A stretch of 64,000 nucleotides of DNA from Planctomycetota bacterium (GTDB lineage Bacteria > Planctomycetota > Brocadiia > JAADGH01). A program made the position numbers and the translations under genes. Position 1 is the first letter of the stretch. The number at the start of each line of letters is the position of its first letter. Positions 63,570-64,000 of the stretch are shown one piece after another. The stretch is from contig JBFMAD010000006.1 of NCBI GenBank assembly GCA_040755855.1, positions 64,001-128,000 on the forward strand, in the 5' to 3' direction. The notes beneath the pieces were generated by a model, which was given only the letters and a program-made list of their open reading frames with translations, was not told the origin of the DNA and ran no database searches.

Positions 63570-64000
63570 ATCCATCTCCTTTTTCCGACAGATTTCGAGA
63601 TCGTATGTCGTTAGCTCCAGAGCACCCAGCCCACGTTTGATCCGGTTGTGGACCTCGCGGGCAAGCGAAAGCCCGCAATTCTTGCCGCCAAAAGAGCCCT
63701 TTGCCAAGTCGGCCACATTGACCTCACATTTCTTCCCCTCAATCCTGCACCGAAACCGCAGATCAAGCTCGGGATTGGTGCAGACCACAGACGAAATCGT
63801 ACCCGCAAGGTCGCCCATCGGGCTCCGGTCTATATGGCTGAGCTGCATGACCGTTTGCACCAATGCCCCGCCAAGGGCCGACTTGCCGATGATCAATTTT
63901 CCGCCCGCCCGCTCGGCGGCTCCTTGCAGGAGGCTCAAGCCGAGGCCGGTCCGTTTTCCGCTCTTGGTCGTGTAGAATGGGTCCGTAGCCACATCCGGCG
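63570..64000 (-). CDS. HATPase_c domain protein (5' part outside the window), in frame with hydC
   Basis: DPFYTTK...GLGL...HIDRSPMGD; no stop codon before the hydC ATG. Confidence 0.8.

Noticed and set aside
47977..64000. Selenocysteine recoding or programmed frameshifts in redox genes
   Set aside because: The hydrogenase genes here, and FTR, Trx and Tpx elsewhere in the window, are open with Cys at the expected positions; no in-frame TGA is needed.

Overview
GC-rich bacterial DNA. The sulfatase, GHL10/GH29/GH127 CAZymes, DUF3352-like and CxxC zinc-ribbon proteins and REP-like palindromes suggest an anaerobic Planctomycetota-like organism (inference). The first ~48 kb mixes accessory and housekeeping genes: glycosyl- and methyltransferases, a secreted VIT-vWA + DUF6569-like pair, a cobalamin-riboswitch-controlled cbpA/cbpB peptide/radical-SAM pair, a kinase-trpG-pyrF-murD-cca run, ferredoxin:thioredoxin reductase + thioredoxin, a cold-shock protein and sugar-catabolic enzymes. 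The last 16 kb is one minus-strand [FeFe]-hydrogenase locus: HATPase/hydC, a 2Fe-2S subunit, hydB fused to a GltD-like module, hydA, a sensory hydrogenase-histidine kinase, two receivers, a REC-PAS-kinase, hydE, hydG, a decayed second hydE, aspA and hydF. The most unusual non-coding signals are two homologous promoter-plus-18-bp-repeat elements (~1.3-1.6 kb and ~33.2-33.6 kb), a rod-like leader with terminator at ~34.8 kb, and a 6S-like hairpin after the csp gene. No tRNA, rRNA, CRISPR array or transposase was recognised. All calls are by eye; no searches or folding programs were run.
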